From Selaginella moellendorffii (Eukaryota; Plantae; Lycopodiophyta): 64,000 nucleotides of DNA. The notes below the pieces were generated by a model. The model searched no databases and was not told where the DNA came from. It was given only the letters and a program-made list of their open reading frames with translations. The stretch spans positions 10,001 to 74,000 of the forward strand of contig NW_003314358.1 of NCBI RefSeq assembly GCF_000143415.4. Direction: 5' to 3'. The position numbers and the translations under genes were made by a program. This document shows, piece by piece, positions 37,907 to 49,540 of this stretch (position 1 is the first letter of the stretch; each line of letters starts with the position of its first letter).

Positions 37907-40184
37907 TTAGAGTTGACAGATGAAAAGCTAGCAGCTGGAAATAACGTGAGGGCACACGCCATTCACCACTGCATCAGATGTCTTGAGGCTGCATCCTAAG
38001 ATGGCGTGAGGCTACACGCCATCTGTAACCGGACTGCACTTGAGAGCCCAATCGGTGCATGCCAATGTTGCTACTGAATGGCATGTGGCCTCATGCCATT
38101 TTCTACTTGGCCTAAAAGACTTACCATTTGAAGCCGAATGGAGGTGTGACAATCGAGGCCGGACTCGCTGGCGAATGTGCACTGTGTGTATAGCGGATCG
38201 TAGCAGCAAGGCTACTTTGCCACTTACTGTTGGAGAGTGGCGCTGAAATCTCCCGGGACGCCAAGTGGGCTGCGTGTGGGTGGCGGAGTGGGCGGCGGAG
38301 TTGGCGGCGAAGTTACAAACTGGGTGTGTCTTGAAGTGGACGCCGATGCACACGAGCGCGATGCGAGCGCGAGTGTGATGCAAACACGAGTAGACGCCGA
38401 TGCACACGAGAAACCTGTAGAGAAGGTAGATGAGCACGAATGTGAGCGTGATTGCGAGTGGGAGCGCGATGCGAGCGCGAGTACGAAGCAAAATGCAAAA
38501 CCTAACCTCACACGCGCGAAATGTCACGACGGTTGGTAATCCTGCAACGTCATCATTCCTCGGACTTGGGCGCCACCATTAATTTTTGGATCGCCGCGCG
38601 CATGCATGCACGTGAAATCCAAAAAAAATCCGCAACGTCATCATTCCTCAGACTGCATGCATGCGAAATCCAAAAGAAAGATCATGATTGGGATATCATT
38701 TAATACCCTCGCTATATTTATACCATGCATGATTGGATATTCCAAAGCATCTTGTATTTCCAAAAATGCCAGATGTTCAGCTAAATAAAGAATGGTATAC
38801 AATGTCCTTCTTGATGACCCTGCAAAGAAGCATCTCGATCGGACACCACATGAGACCACACGAGCCTTACAATGTTTCAGGGGCATTTGCCATAGATCCG
38901 ACCGTTATTTTGCTCCAAGATTCTACAGTTTGGTGTGCATTGACCTTTCCATCGACACTGCAAAGGGACATCACAATCAGATGCGGGATCACAAGAAACT
39001 AACTTCACTAACTCTGGTTTCACCAAGATCTACGTAAGGAGTTATGAAATGAAAGGACCCTCTCTATTGAAATGTGTTTATGGTCCTAGGGGCATTGTGA
39101 CATATCAAAGGATTTTGCATCAAGTTCTGTATTTGCATGTTTATCAAGCTACTGAATTGCTAAACCCTAAACCCTAAATATGTGGCAAATGCTGCGTGAA
39201 GAAAGATGCCCTTTCTGGGCAAATGCTGTAAGAGGCAGATGCCGAGTAGATGTATCTCAGGCTAGCGAAGGGGACAAACAAAAGCTAGCTATAAACATGA
39301 CGGGATGCAAATAGATTACTAGGCTGGTCCTGCGAAAATCAAAAACCATAATTGAAAACATTGAAAATGCAAAAAGAAAGGTTTATAATATTTTTGAATT
39401 TTAAGCAACCAAAGGAATGTAAATAGGGCATGTGTTTGTAAGTTTAAAAATGCCTCAACCACTTAAATTCCCAAGTAAATAAAGCTGTTTCTATTTTTGG
39501 TACAGGTAAACTTTATAGCGTGTGGGCTCATGCAATTTTGAACCCAAAAATGCACCAAAAAATGCTCGACTAGCATTATTCTTTAATGGCGTGTGGCCTT
39601 ATATTGCCATAAATGGACGTACACACACAGCATAATTATTCTTTTACACGGCGAATAATCTTGGCGCGGATCGCTGACATGGCATGGCAAAGTTCGAATC
39701 ACTGACATGGCACAGCTGGATCGAGGCAAGGACATGATGTGACAAAGTTCAACGTCCGACAGCAAAGTCTAGAAGCTACTCAGTTTGAAATTTGTTAGAG
39801 GAATCATAAGATCTGGTTTGTCAGAGGATTTGATGTGACGTTCAAGCGTGTGTTATTTTTGAATTCTCGAACTCATTCCTAGGTCTATCATTTTTGTGCG
39901 CCGTGTTCTTGGTTCCGCTAAGCGCAGTGAGCGCTGCTTGTGTAAGCGGCGTTGTGAGCTGTGGTTTATGCGTCTACTAGCGGTTGCGGCATTGCGAGTG
40001 CCATTGCGAGCGGCAGTTTATGCGAGTGGCAGTTTGTGTGAGCGGCGCTACGAGTAGTTGCGGTGGTGCGAGCGGCGCTACGGTACCACTAATGGTATGA
40101 GGGCTCATGCCATCTTGGGGCTTGCAAGTTCATCACTAGCATATTGCCAATAGTTTCTTTACCTGCCTGTAGCTGTGTGTTTAT

Positions 40185-40385
40185 CAAGATGGCATGAGGC
40201 CTCATGCCATCTTTGGCCCCTGCTAGCCTATTGCCATATTCCTTTTGCCTTGCTGCAACTGTATATATTTTTGTATGGGTGACTAGTCACGCACACAAAA
40301 ATATATATAGTTGCAGCAAGGCAAAAGGAATATAGCAACAGGCTAGCAGGGGCCAAAGATAGCGTGAGGCCTCATGCCATTAGTG
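40185..40385. repeat. Long hairpin (about 95-bp arms) centred on GTGACTAGTCAC
   Basis: 40189-40284 is a near-perfect reverse complement of 40285-40380. Confidence 0.9.
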
Positions 40386-40571
40386 GTACCACTAATGGCA
40401 TGAGGGCTCATGCCAATTTTGTGAATGCGAAATTTCACGTGGGTGTCAATAGCATGTTTGAATAATGGCATGTGGCCTCATGTTATTGAGGTTGTTTGGT
40501 ATGTTATGATTTAGGCCATTCTCCAATCATTTTTTGTATGGTCTTAACTTCTTTTCTGCACTTTTAGCGTA

Positions 40572-41786
40572 AATGCGACGCATGTTCCCTCCGTGGATCT
40601 TAAAAACCGTGCTACATGGATTCAGGCAAAGGTGTTTTTAAACAACCCCGAGGGGGAGGTGGTAGCTGAGGGCTTAGCCACAGTTGTTGATCCAAGAGAT
40701 GCGGTTGCTAATCAAGAATTGGGCTAGGATGATATTGGAGTTGCGATTTTAGAGGTTGTTGACATAGAAGAAAACAGTCTGACTATTATAAGCATTGTGC
40801 GGTGGAAATTGAGGCACTTAGTGTTTGAGAATGTGAAGGATTCACAATCAAACACCACTACAACTGATGACAGAACATCTCTTCATGGGAAAAGAAAGTA
40901 CACCTTCCTAAAGCGCAGCCAAAGGGATCTGAGCAACGAACCGAAAAGGCAGAAAATGGCGATGGAGGTTCGAATGATCTCGACAGTTGCTTGTTGTAAG
41001 AGGAGGTGCTGTCAACATGCTGATTGAGATGCTATTGAAGAGGAGAGAGGAAGATACAAGACATTGTCCTGGAAGGTAGCTCCCAATTTTGTGTATGAGG
41101 CATTACGGTCATCTATTGATGCTTCAGAACATCAGGTGGGGGGCATGGTCTTCCAGAGGGGTTTGGTCTGCATGAAGGCATGGAGAATCATTTATGGAGT
41201 CCCTCGAACCACATTCTACAGAATCAAAACTGAGTTCGAGGAACAAAGGGTTCAACAGGCAGTCCATGGGAACGACGGTACTCACAAAACCAGGGGTCAT
41301 GTTGTATATGGAGAGGCAATCTTCAAGAGGTTTGTCGAGACATGTAGCGAGCAGCAACCACATAAAACCCGCCTCTTGGAAGATGGAACTCGAGACACCC
41401 AACGAGTTCTCCCTTCCATGTATACCAAGGGGGCCATATTGGAAGATGTGAATTAGGAACTCCAGAGTAATGGCTACAAGAAGCTGAGCCAATCTAGATT
41501 TAGTAGATTGTGGAGCAACAGGTTCAGGGATGTGAGTATAGGAAAGTACTCCAGCTTTTCAAAGTGTGACGAGTGCATTGGTATCAAAATGGCTTTGTCG
41601 AAGAATTCTTGCATCGCTCAAGATTCATCGCTTCAGATTCGGCTTGTTCACCTTGACAATGAGATTTATTATACAACCAGATGGACTCAGTCTGGACACA
41701 AAGTCACCGCGCTAGTTACCATGCCCCAGATATGTCTAGCCCCTGGACAAAAAACATATAATTTCACGTCATTTTCAAATACTTGA
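40572..41786 (+). pseudogene. Truncated transposase (Tnp1/En-Spm-like N-terminal barrel plus Sola2-like N-terminal region), copy 1
   Basis: VFLNNPEGEVVAEG..DP..LG..IGVAILEV..RW; CCKRRCC; VCMKAWRIIYGV..FYR..HGN..P..LPS..LW..F.DV.I..FSKCDEC. No catalytic DDD region before the TIR. Confidence 0.6.
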
Positions 41787-43435
41787 AAATTTTTACCTAG
41801 TCCCATTTTACTGAATAAATCCCACTTTAACGAAATAGAGCTTAATACTAGATTTACAGAAGGTTTGTGGCATTTCTCTAGTCCTTATGGCAAGGCTAAA
41901 ACTCTTTTGAAGATGGGCTAAGGCCCTTGTCCTGTGTGGGGGGCAGGGTAGCACGCTCTAACTATGAGTTGGAGGACATTCACACCTCACTTGGATCTAT
42001 AAGTTGGAGTCACATTGTGATCAAGCATCATTTTGGCACTGGAGGCATGTTGGTGGTAAAGCACTCTATGGCAATTTCACTTGTCGCAGAGTGTAGTAGG
42101 TGGCTTCAAGTTTCATGATAGAGTCACTTAGGAGGCAAATAGCCCATGAGCAACACCGAGTGTTTGTGCTTGTAGTTTTGCTAGTATCTCTAAGAGTGCA
42201 CTCTTACTATTGTTTTTCCTATGGGACATGGGGTAATACATATATATATTTCTTGAACCCAACTTCTGTATATGTATCTATAAATAGCATCACCTAGGAT
42301 GCCTAGTGTGACTCCTCATGCCAGTGCACCAACTTATACTTAACACGTGCTATAGATCACAATTTAGGAACTTAGTTCCTTTAAACATCCAAATCTTCTC
42401 TTTGACAAATTAGTTGACCAACCTGTGATCATGCATGGACTACTCCATGCTTGGCCCCATGGGCCACCCCTTTTGAAGTCAACATTTTCAACTAGGGTCT
42501 TTGTTCCTTCAACTTGTCATTTTTTCTTAGCAAATCGCTCAATCAGCGTAATATAGTTCTATGCATAAACGTGAAAGTTCTCAAATATCAACTTTCGTTT
42601 AAAGCTATCTCTTTGAACACTCAGGAACTATTTCCTTAACCCTGATAGCTTTGCATCATGGCAAGCTTCAAGGCCAGGCTTCTACTGTGCCACTTTAATT
42701 TTGTGCATTTCCATGAACCACTTACACTTATTTTTTTAAGTACCAACATATCTAGAATTATCCTTGGGAACATTGAAGGAACTCTACCCTTTAACTTGCT
42801 AAAATTTCTCCTTGCACAAGCTTTCTAACTATCATCTAGTCTAATGTAGGCAATTCCATACTTTAGATTCTCTATAACACCACAGTTGCTAGTAATAACA
42901 CTTTTGAGCACCCACTTAATTCTTCATTCCTAACTTGCATAACCACTCTTGGTTATGTCTTTTGATTCGTATAGTTCAATTCTATCCATCTATTACTTGC
43001 TCTCAGCTTTACATGTTCTCTTCGGTTATTCTTCCTTTAGGCTAAGAGAATAACCTTAGCACTTTTTACCATGCCTAAGTATTCTTAGAAATGAACTTAC
43101 TCGATGGTATAAGGAGTGGTTCCTTAATCTAGATATACTCACTTTGTAATCTTACATATCAGGATTAACATTGTTACTTATAAGCTTTTGTATATTTGTC
43201 ACTAGCCTTGCCAAAAATCCTTTTGGCTTTATCTAATTTGGATAGATAGATTTCTCCCATCTCCGCAACTTTAAATGTTGGATAACACTTCTTATCCATT
43301 TTTCACTAGGGACTTAGTCCTTTAGGCTTTATTTAATGTCTTTAGGATACTAAACACCACTTCCTGGTGTTTTAGAGTGCTCAAGTCCCAATAATGGCTT
43401 TCTTTAACAATGAATATTTCCTTTTACGATATTAA

Positions 43436-44362
43436 TGTAAAAGACTAAATTTTCCATTTTACTTTAGTCATTTAACCACACCTTTGACCACTTAGAGGAG
43501 TCTCGCTCACAACATCCATAAGTTCTATTTCTGACTTAGGATATACTAGCCCCATGACTAGCATTTATGCCATTTAGCCTTTACACTTGGTCCAAGTGCT
43601 CTACATGTTCAAAAGTACCACCAACATATCAGCATATTATGCTAAGGCCATATTTATGCACCCTTGTTATATCAGTAGTCCAAACCACCTACATCACAAT
43701 CTTGTCTCTCAAAGACTAAGCCATCTCTCAAAGACTAGCCTATAAATGGTCATCCCTTGACCACACTTTAGCATCCCTAAGATGCCTAGAGACATAGGGA
43801 ACACCCTTCTCTAATATCCCTTCTTCCATCCCTAACAAGTCCCTCTTCATCCACGGCTGTGCTCGCCAACACCGCCACTGGGTCAAGGCTCAAAGGCCCA
43901 ACCACTAAGTCCCATAGTCCTCTAGGACTTTCTCACTATGTGACCATATCACCAAAGGACTATTCCTCTTCCTTTCTATAGTCTAGGACTTTGGGATGAC
44001 ATTTCGAAACACTGTGGCTTTATGTGACCCTCATGGGTACTCTCCCCACCTTCCGCCTATAGGTGCCCTAGCCATGTGGCTAGAGCAAAGTTTCAATGAG
44101 CCACGCTAAGTATCCAAATAGGTAATGCCACCCATGCTTGGATTGGGAGCATCGACCATTCAATCTCCTAAGGGAGCTAGAGCCGGCTTTTGAACACTTC
44201 ACCAAGCTACTCTGCTTCTTTGTCTGTATTCACTTTAGCTTTGGACTTCTCAGTGGTTTTATCATCACCCACCATATGGGTATAACCTTCCTTGGTCACA
44301 CTGGCCTTTCCTGGCCAAATTGGGTCTACTGGAGTCACTTTTGGAGCTCACCAAACCCCCCA
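43436..44362 (-). repeat. LTR-like unit (about 0.93 kb)
   Basis: tgtaaaagactaaatttt...ggagctcaccaaacccccca; homologous to 44365-45517 and 55644-56605. Confidence 0.7.
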
Positions 44363-44364
44363 AA

Positions 44365-45517
44365 TGTAAGCGATTAATTTTTCCATTCTACTTTAATCAC
44401 TTAACCACACCTCCGACCACTTGGAGGAGTTTTATTCATAACCTCCATAAGTCCAATTCAAGACTTGAGGCTTGCTAGCCCTAAGAATGGTATCTATGCC
44501 ATTCAACCTTTGCACTTGGTTTAAGTGCTCCATGTGTCCAATCCCATAACTAACACCCTAAGGTACCACCGACATACCAGCCCATTAAACTAAGGTCATG
44601 CCCATTCACCTTGGTCACACCGATGGTTCAACACCACTTCCATTGTAGTCCCATCTCTCAAAGACTAGGCCTATCCATTCACGAGTGGTCATCCTATACC
44701 CACTTCTTAGCATCTTTAGGATGCTCACAGACATGGGGAATAGCCTTCCCCAATATCCCTTTTTTAGCCCCCACTAAGTCCCTTTCTGACCATAACCATG
44801 TTCGCCAACACTGCCACTAAATCAAGGCCCACAAACCCGACCACCAAGTCCCATAGTCCTCTGGGACTTCCTTATCATGTGACCATATTCTTGGTCACTA
44901 CACTAGAGGATTACTCCTCTTCCTTTCCATAGTCTGGGACTTTGGGACAACATTTCGAAACACCGTGGCCCTATGCGAGCCTCATGTGTACTCTCCCTAC
45001 CTTCTGCCTTTGGGTGCTCTAGCCATGGGCTAGAGCGAGGTTCCATTGAGCCACGCTAGGTATCTAAATAGGTAGTGCCACCCATGCTTGGACTAAGAGC
45101 ATCGGTCATTCGATCTCCCAAGGGAACTAGAGTTGGCTCTTGAACACTTCACCAAGCTACCCTACTTGTCGGTCCATATTCACTCTAGCCTTGGACTTCC
45201 CAATGATAGTCCCATCACCCAACACTTGGGTACAGCCTTCTGTAAGCTCCTGAGTTTGGACTTCCCGGGAGGTCACCCCGCCCAGTACTATTCAAACCCA
45301 AGGACGCTTAACCCCAAATATCCCAAGACCCTTAACCAATTGGAAAAGGGGGTGCACTCTTGTTCATGGGCCCTTTCCCTCTATATTTGAACCCCATGGA
45401 TCGTCTCTCGAGTCGTTCCCTTTGGTTGCTTACACCTTCCTGAGCCAAATTAGCCTAAACTGGCTCCACTGGAGTCCTCCCCTCTTACTATATTTTTGGA
45501 GCTCACCAAACCCCCTA
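44365..45517 (-). repeat. LTR-like unit containing a Cassandra-type solo LTR
   Basis: tgtaagcgattaatttttcc...ggagctcaccaaacccccta; homologous to 55644-56605. Confidence 0.7.
45241..45434 (-). mobile_element. Cassandra-type (5S rRNA-containing) solo LTR
   Basis: TGTAAGC...GCTTACA flanked by perfect 5-bp TSD CCTTC; 5S internal control region similarity on the minus strand; near-identical to 580-774. Confidence 0.92.
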
Positions 45518-45549
45518 GGGTCTGGGAGACAAACGCTTTGGGCTTTCAC

Positions 45550-45860
45550 CCTCGGACTCGGACTCAGACTCGGATTCGGACTTGGACTCGAACTCAAGCT
45601 CAGACTCAGACTCGAACTCAGTCTTAGTCTCAGTCTCGGTCTCAGCCTCGGTCTCAGTCCCGGTCTCGGCCTCGGCCTCAGACTCCATCTCAAGTCCTTC
45701 TGGGACTCCATCTTGGACTCCATCTCAGACTCCATCTTGGACTCCATCTCGGTCCATCTTGGACTCCATCTTGGGTTTATCTCGGATTCCATCTCAGTCC
45801 ATCTCGGATTCCATCTCGGACTTCATCTTGGATCCATCTTGAACTCTATCTTGGGTCCAT
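45550..45860. repeat. 6/12-bp simple repeat (ggactc; ggactccatctt)
   Basis: Visible tandem units; the same repeat occurs in the opposite orientation at 63800-64000. Confidence 0.9.
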
Positions 45861-48313
45861 GTGTTGGTCCTCTTGTGTCCTTTTTCTAGAGAATCTCTTA
45901 TTGCTTGCTTCATGCTCATTCCTTGAGCACTCCGTTGGGAGTTCCACTCCCGTTCTTGACCTTTCAAGTTGAAGCTTTTAGTCTAAACGTGTTGCACTCG
46001 TTTGGCTTTTGCTTAGGCCACTACCACGTGGCACCCTTTCAGCTCTACTTTGGGTTTTAGGGATTTGTGTTTCACAACTTCACCACCCATAAACGAAATT
46101 CGATGTCCTCATCGAACGATAAACTATTTTATAAAGTAATACTAGCATGTATTACCCTTTCCATCTTTGGCACCTAGCCAATATTCGTCAATAGTTTGAC
46201 ACTGAAGGCTCACCATGCCTTTTCCATCCTCTAAGGAGCATAATCTTTCCAACTTAAACACTCATTCGATCATTTGTGATGGTTCTCTTCTTTTATTAGT
46301 TTAGTTTTTGCTAAATCTGTTAGAGACACCTTCTCTATCTCAATCCCATTACTCCTCGAGTAGTCCTAGTTCCCATTGATATAACATTTGCACTTTGGAA
46401 CTTTTAATTTTGACTTCTCGAAGTCAATTTCCTAGGTGTCTCTGACACTTTGCATTACACATTTTGTGCAACTCCAGTTCCCCATTTTATAAAGTTCTTT
46501 ACTTGAGGGCACTATCATCCTCTTTTCTATTTTATGCCACCTTTGGCACTAAATTTCAGTTATCATAATTTGTACTATCATTTGGCTACTTTACTACTCC
46601 CTCCCTTGAAACTTCCACCTTCACCAAATTGGAGCAATTTAGGAATCCATCCTTGGAAACACATTGCCTTCCCACAATCCATTAGCATCCAACACATTAG
46701 TGTTCTTGGCCTAACTTTGCCATTTGGGTTTTATTACATGATTCCCATGGCTCTTTTCTTAGCCATTAGTTTTTTGCTCCTATCCATTGATTGTTGCACC
46801 AAGTAACATAAGATCACTACCTCTATCCTTAAGGTGTTCTTTCGGTTCCATGGCAAAAGCTCCACTTTGCCAAGTCCAAAGGTGTTCACCCCTAGTAGGT
46901 CTCTTTGGCATTTTCTGCTATACGCTCCATCCATGGCCCAATTTTGTGACCCTCCCATGGGTCTCTCCTAGAGACTACTTTCTTTGGACTCACTATGCCA
47001 TCGCATTGACATAGCTCATTTCCCTTGAAGTGTTCTTCCCACTTGGTCACCTTGACCAAACCACATCATTATCATTAGTTCAAATCAATACTTTAAACTA
47101 GAAACCTTATTCCTTACCCAAACAAGGACCTTGTCCTTATTTAGCGACAAAATCGCCTAGTGATCTCATCTTGGCACTTTAATAAGTTTGTCAATAGGTA
47201 TTATGTTTTCTAAACTTTTAAGTTGTTGACCATGACTCTAGGGGCATCCCCTACACTTGGCGGTGTGCCCAAGCTAGCCCTTCTTGCCAAGGGTCCATGG
47301 CAGCTGAGACTGAGTGTCCCCATCTCATTCACCACGTCCTTGATGCCACTTGCACCAAAGTGTTCAAGTTAGATATGCCGAGCTTTCACACTCATCAATC
47401 TAACTGTGCATCACGACTACGGGGCATCCCCCACTTAGCAGTGTGCCCAAGCTAGTCTCCTTACTAAGAATTTATGACCACTGAAAAATGAATGTCCTTA
47501 TATTCCAAACTATCACCGCACCCTAGTGAGTTGGGACTCGAACCCAAGCACTAAAGGGTCAGGACTTGAACCCAACCTCCGTATATACATCTACGGATAG
47601 CATCACACAGGATGCCTAGTATAACTCCCCACGCTGGTGCACCAACTTAAACGTAAAGCGTGTTACAGATCACAACTCCTCTGCACTACCAAGTCCTCTC
47701 ACTTGACATATCTGTGATCATGCATGGACTCCTCCATGCTTGGCCTCATGGGCCACCTCTTTTGAAGTTGGCACTTTCAACTAAGGTATTTGTTCCGGGA
47801 CCCCTGACTTGCCAATCTTACCTAGTAAGTCATCCAACCACCGTGACATGGTTCATGCACAAACGTGAAAGTCTTTAACCATTGACTTTTATTCAAAGCC
47901 CTCTCTTCGAACACTCGGGAACTATTTCGCTAACCTTGATAGCCTCGCCTCATAGCAAGCTTCAAGACCACGCTTCTACTGCGCCACTCTGATTTCAAGT
48001 ATTCTTTGAACCATTTACATTTGGCCTTTTAGGTACTAAGTTACCTAGAATTGTCTTTGGGAACCTTGAAGGAACTCTATCCCTTAACTTGCTAAGGCTT
48101 CTTCTTTCGCAAGCTTTTTAATTGCCATATAGTCTAACATGAACAATTCCATATTTTAGACTCTCCATGCCATCACAGTTGCTAGTAACAACATAATCAA
48201 GCACCTTTTTAATTCTCCACTCCCAATTTGCACAACCACCATTGGTTATGCCCTTCAAGCTCTATTTCGTTAAAGTGGGATTTATTCAGTAAAATGGGAC
48301 TAGGTACAAATTT

Positions 48314-49540
48314 TCAAGTATTTGAAAATGACGTGAAATTATATGTTTTTTGTCCAGGGGCTAGACATATCTGGGGCATGGTGACTAGCGTGGTGACTTT
48401 GTGTCCAGACTGAGTCCATCTGGTTGTATAATAAATCTCATTGTCAAGGTGAACAAGCCGAATCTGAAGCAATGAATCTTGAGCGATGCAAGAATTCTTC
48501 GACAAAGCCATTTTGATAGTAGTGCACTCATCACACTTTGAAAAGCTGGAGTACTTTCCTATACTCACATCCCTGAACCTGTTGCTCCACAATCTACTAA
48601 ATCTAGATTGGCTCAACTTCCTGTAGCCATTACTCTGGAGTTCCCGATTCACATCTTCCAATATGGCCCCCTTGGTATACATGGAAGGGAGAACTCGTTG
48701 GGTGTCTTGAGTTCCATCTTCCAAGAGGCGGGTTTTATGTGGTTGCTGCTCGCTACATGTCTCGACAAACCTCTTGAAGATTGCCTCTCCATATACAATA
48801 TGACCCTTGGTTTTGTGAGTACCGTCGTTCCCATGGACTGCCTGTTGAACCCTTTGTTCCTCGAACTCAGTTTTGATTCTGTAGAATGTGGTTTGAGGGA
48901 CTCCATAAATGATTCTCCATGCCTTCATACAGACCAAACCCCTCTGGAAGACCATGCCCCCCACCTGATGTTCTGAAGCATCAACAGATGACCGTAATGC
49001 CTCATACACAAAATTGTGAGCTGCCTTCAAGGACAATGTCTTATATCTTGCTCTCTCCTCTTCAATAGCATCCCAATCAGCATGTTGACAGCACCTCCTC
49101 TTGCAACAAGCAACTGTCGAGACCATTTGAACCTCCATTGCCATTTTCTGCCTTTTCGGTTCGTTGCTCAGATCCCTTTGGTTGCGCTTTAGGAAGGTGT
49201 ACTTTCTTTTCCCATGAAGAGATGTTCTATCATCAGTTGTAGTGGTGTTTGATTGTGAATCCTTCACATTCTCAAACACTAAGTGCCTCAATTTCCACCG
49301 CACAATGCTTCCAATAGTCAGACTGTTTTCTTCTGTGTCAACAACCTCTAAAATCGCAACTCCAATATCATCCTAGCCCAATTCTTGATTAGCAACCGCA
49401 TCTCTTGGATCGACAACTGTGGCTAAGCCCTCAGCTACCACCTCCCCCTCGGGGTTGTTTAGAAACACCTTTGCCTGAATCCATGTAGCACGGTTTTTAA
49501 GATCCACGGAGGGAACATGCGTCGCACTTGCGGAGGCCAT
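48314..49540 (-). pseudogene. Truncated transposase, copy 2
   Basis: ATG at 49540 (MASASATHVPSVDLKNRATW...), one internal TAG, then open through the 329-aa ORF 48314-49303. Confidence 0.62.

Larger units (their letters stand above)
35799..41843 (+). mobile_element. TIR DNA transposon, Sola2-like, copy 1 (non-autonomous, two divergent genes)
   Basis: 24-bp TIRs AAGCTCTATTTCGTTAAAGTGGGA / TCCCACTTTAACGAAATAGAGCTT; 4-bp TSDs resolvable with copy 2; inverted copy at 48257-53692. The element boundaries are firm; the superfamily assignment is less certain. Confidence 0.85.
41844..48256 (-). mobile_element. Nested degenerate large-LTR retrotransposon sequence (inverted segment)
   Basis: About 46000-48256 is homologous to 56961-59190 and 42330-43430 to 58560-59670; contains two LTR-like units and a simple-repeat tract. 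Confidence 0.75.

Noticed and set aside
38012-39037. ORFs shared by both transposon copies (also 50464-51478)
   Set aside because: Shared only because the DNA is duplicated; indels shift frames between the copies and no domain is recognisable.
35894-40486. CRISPR array (repeated palindromes)
   Set aside because: Irregular spacing from tens to more than 1000 bp, eukaryotic context, no cas genes.
45422-45889. LG/RP/SD-repeat ORFs
   Set aside because: Translations of a hexamer/12-mer simple repeat.
47533-47573. tRNA gene
   Set aside because: T-arm-like motifs only; no cloverleaf, D-arm or acceptor stem seen.
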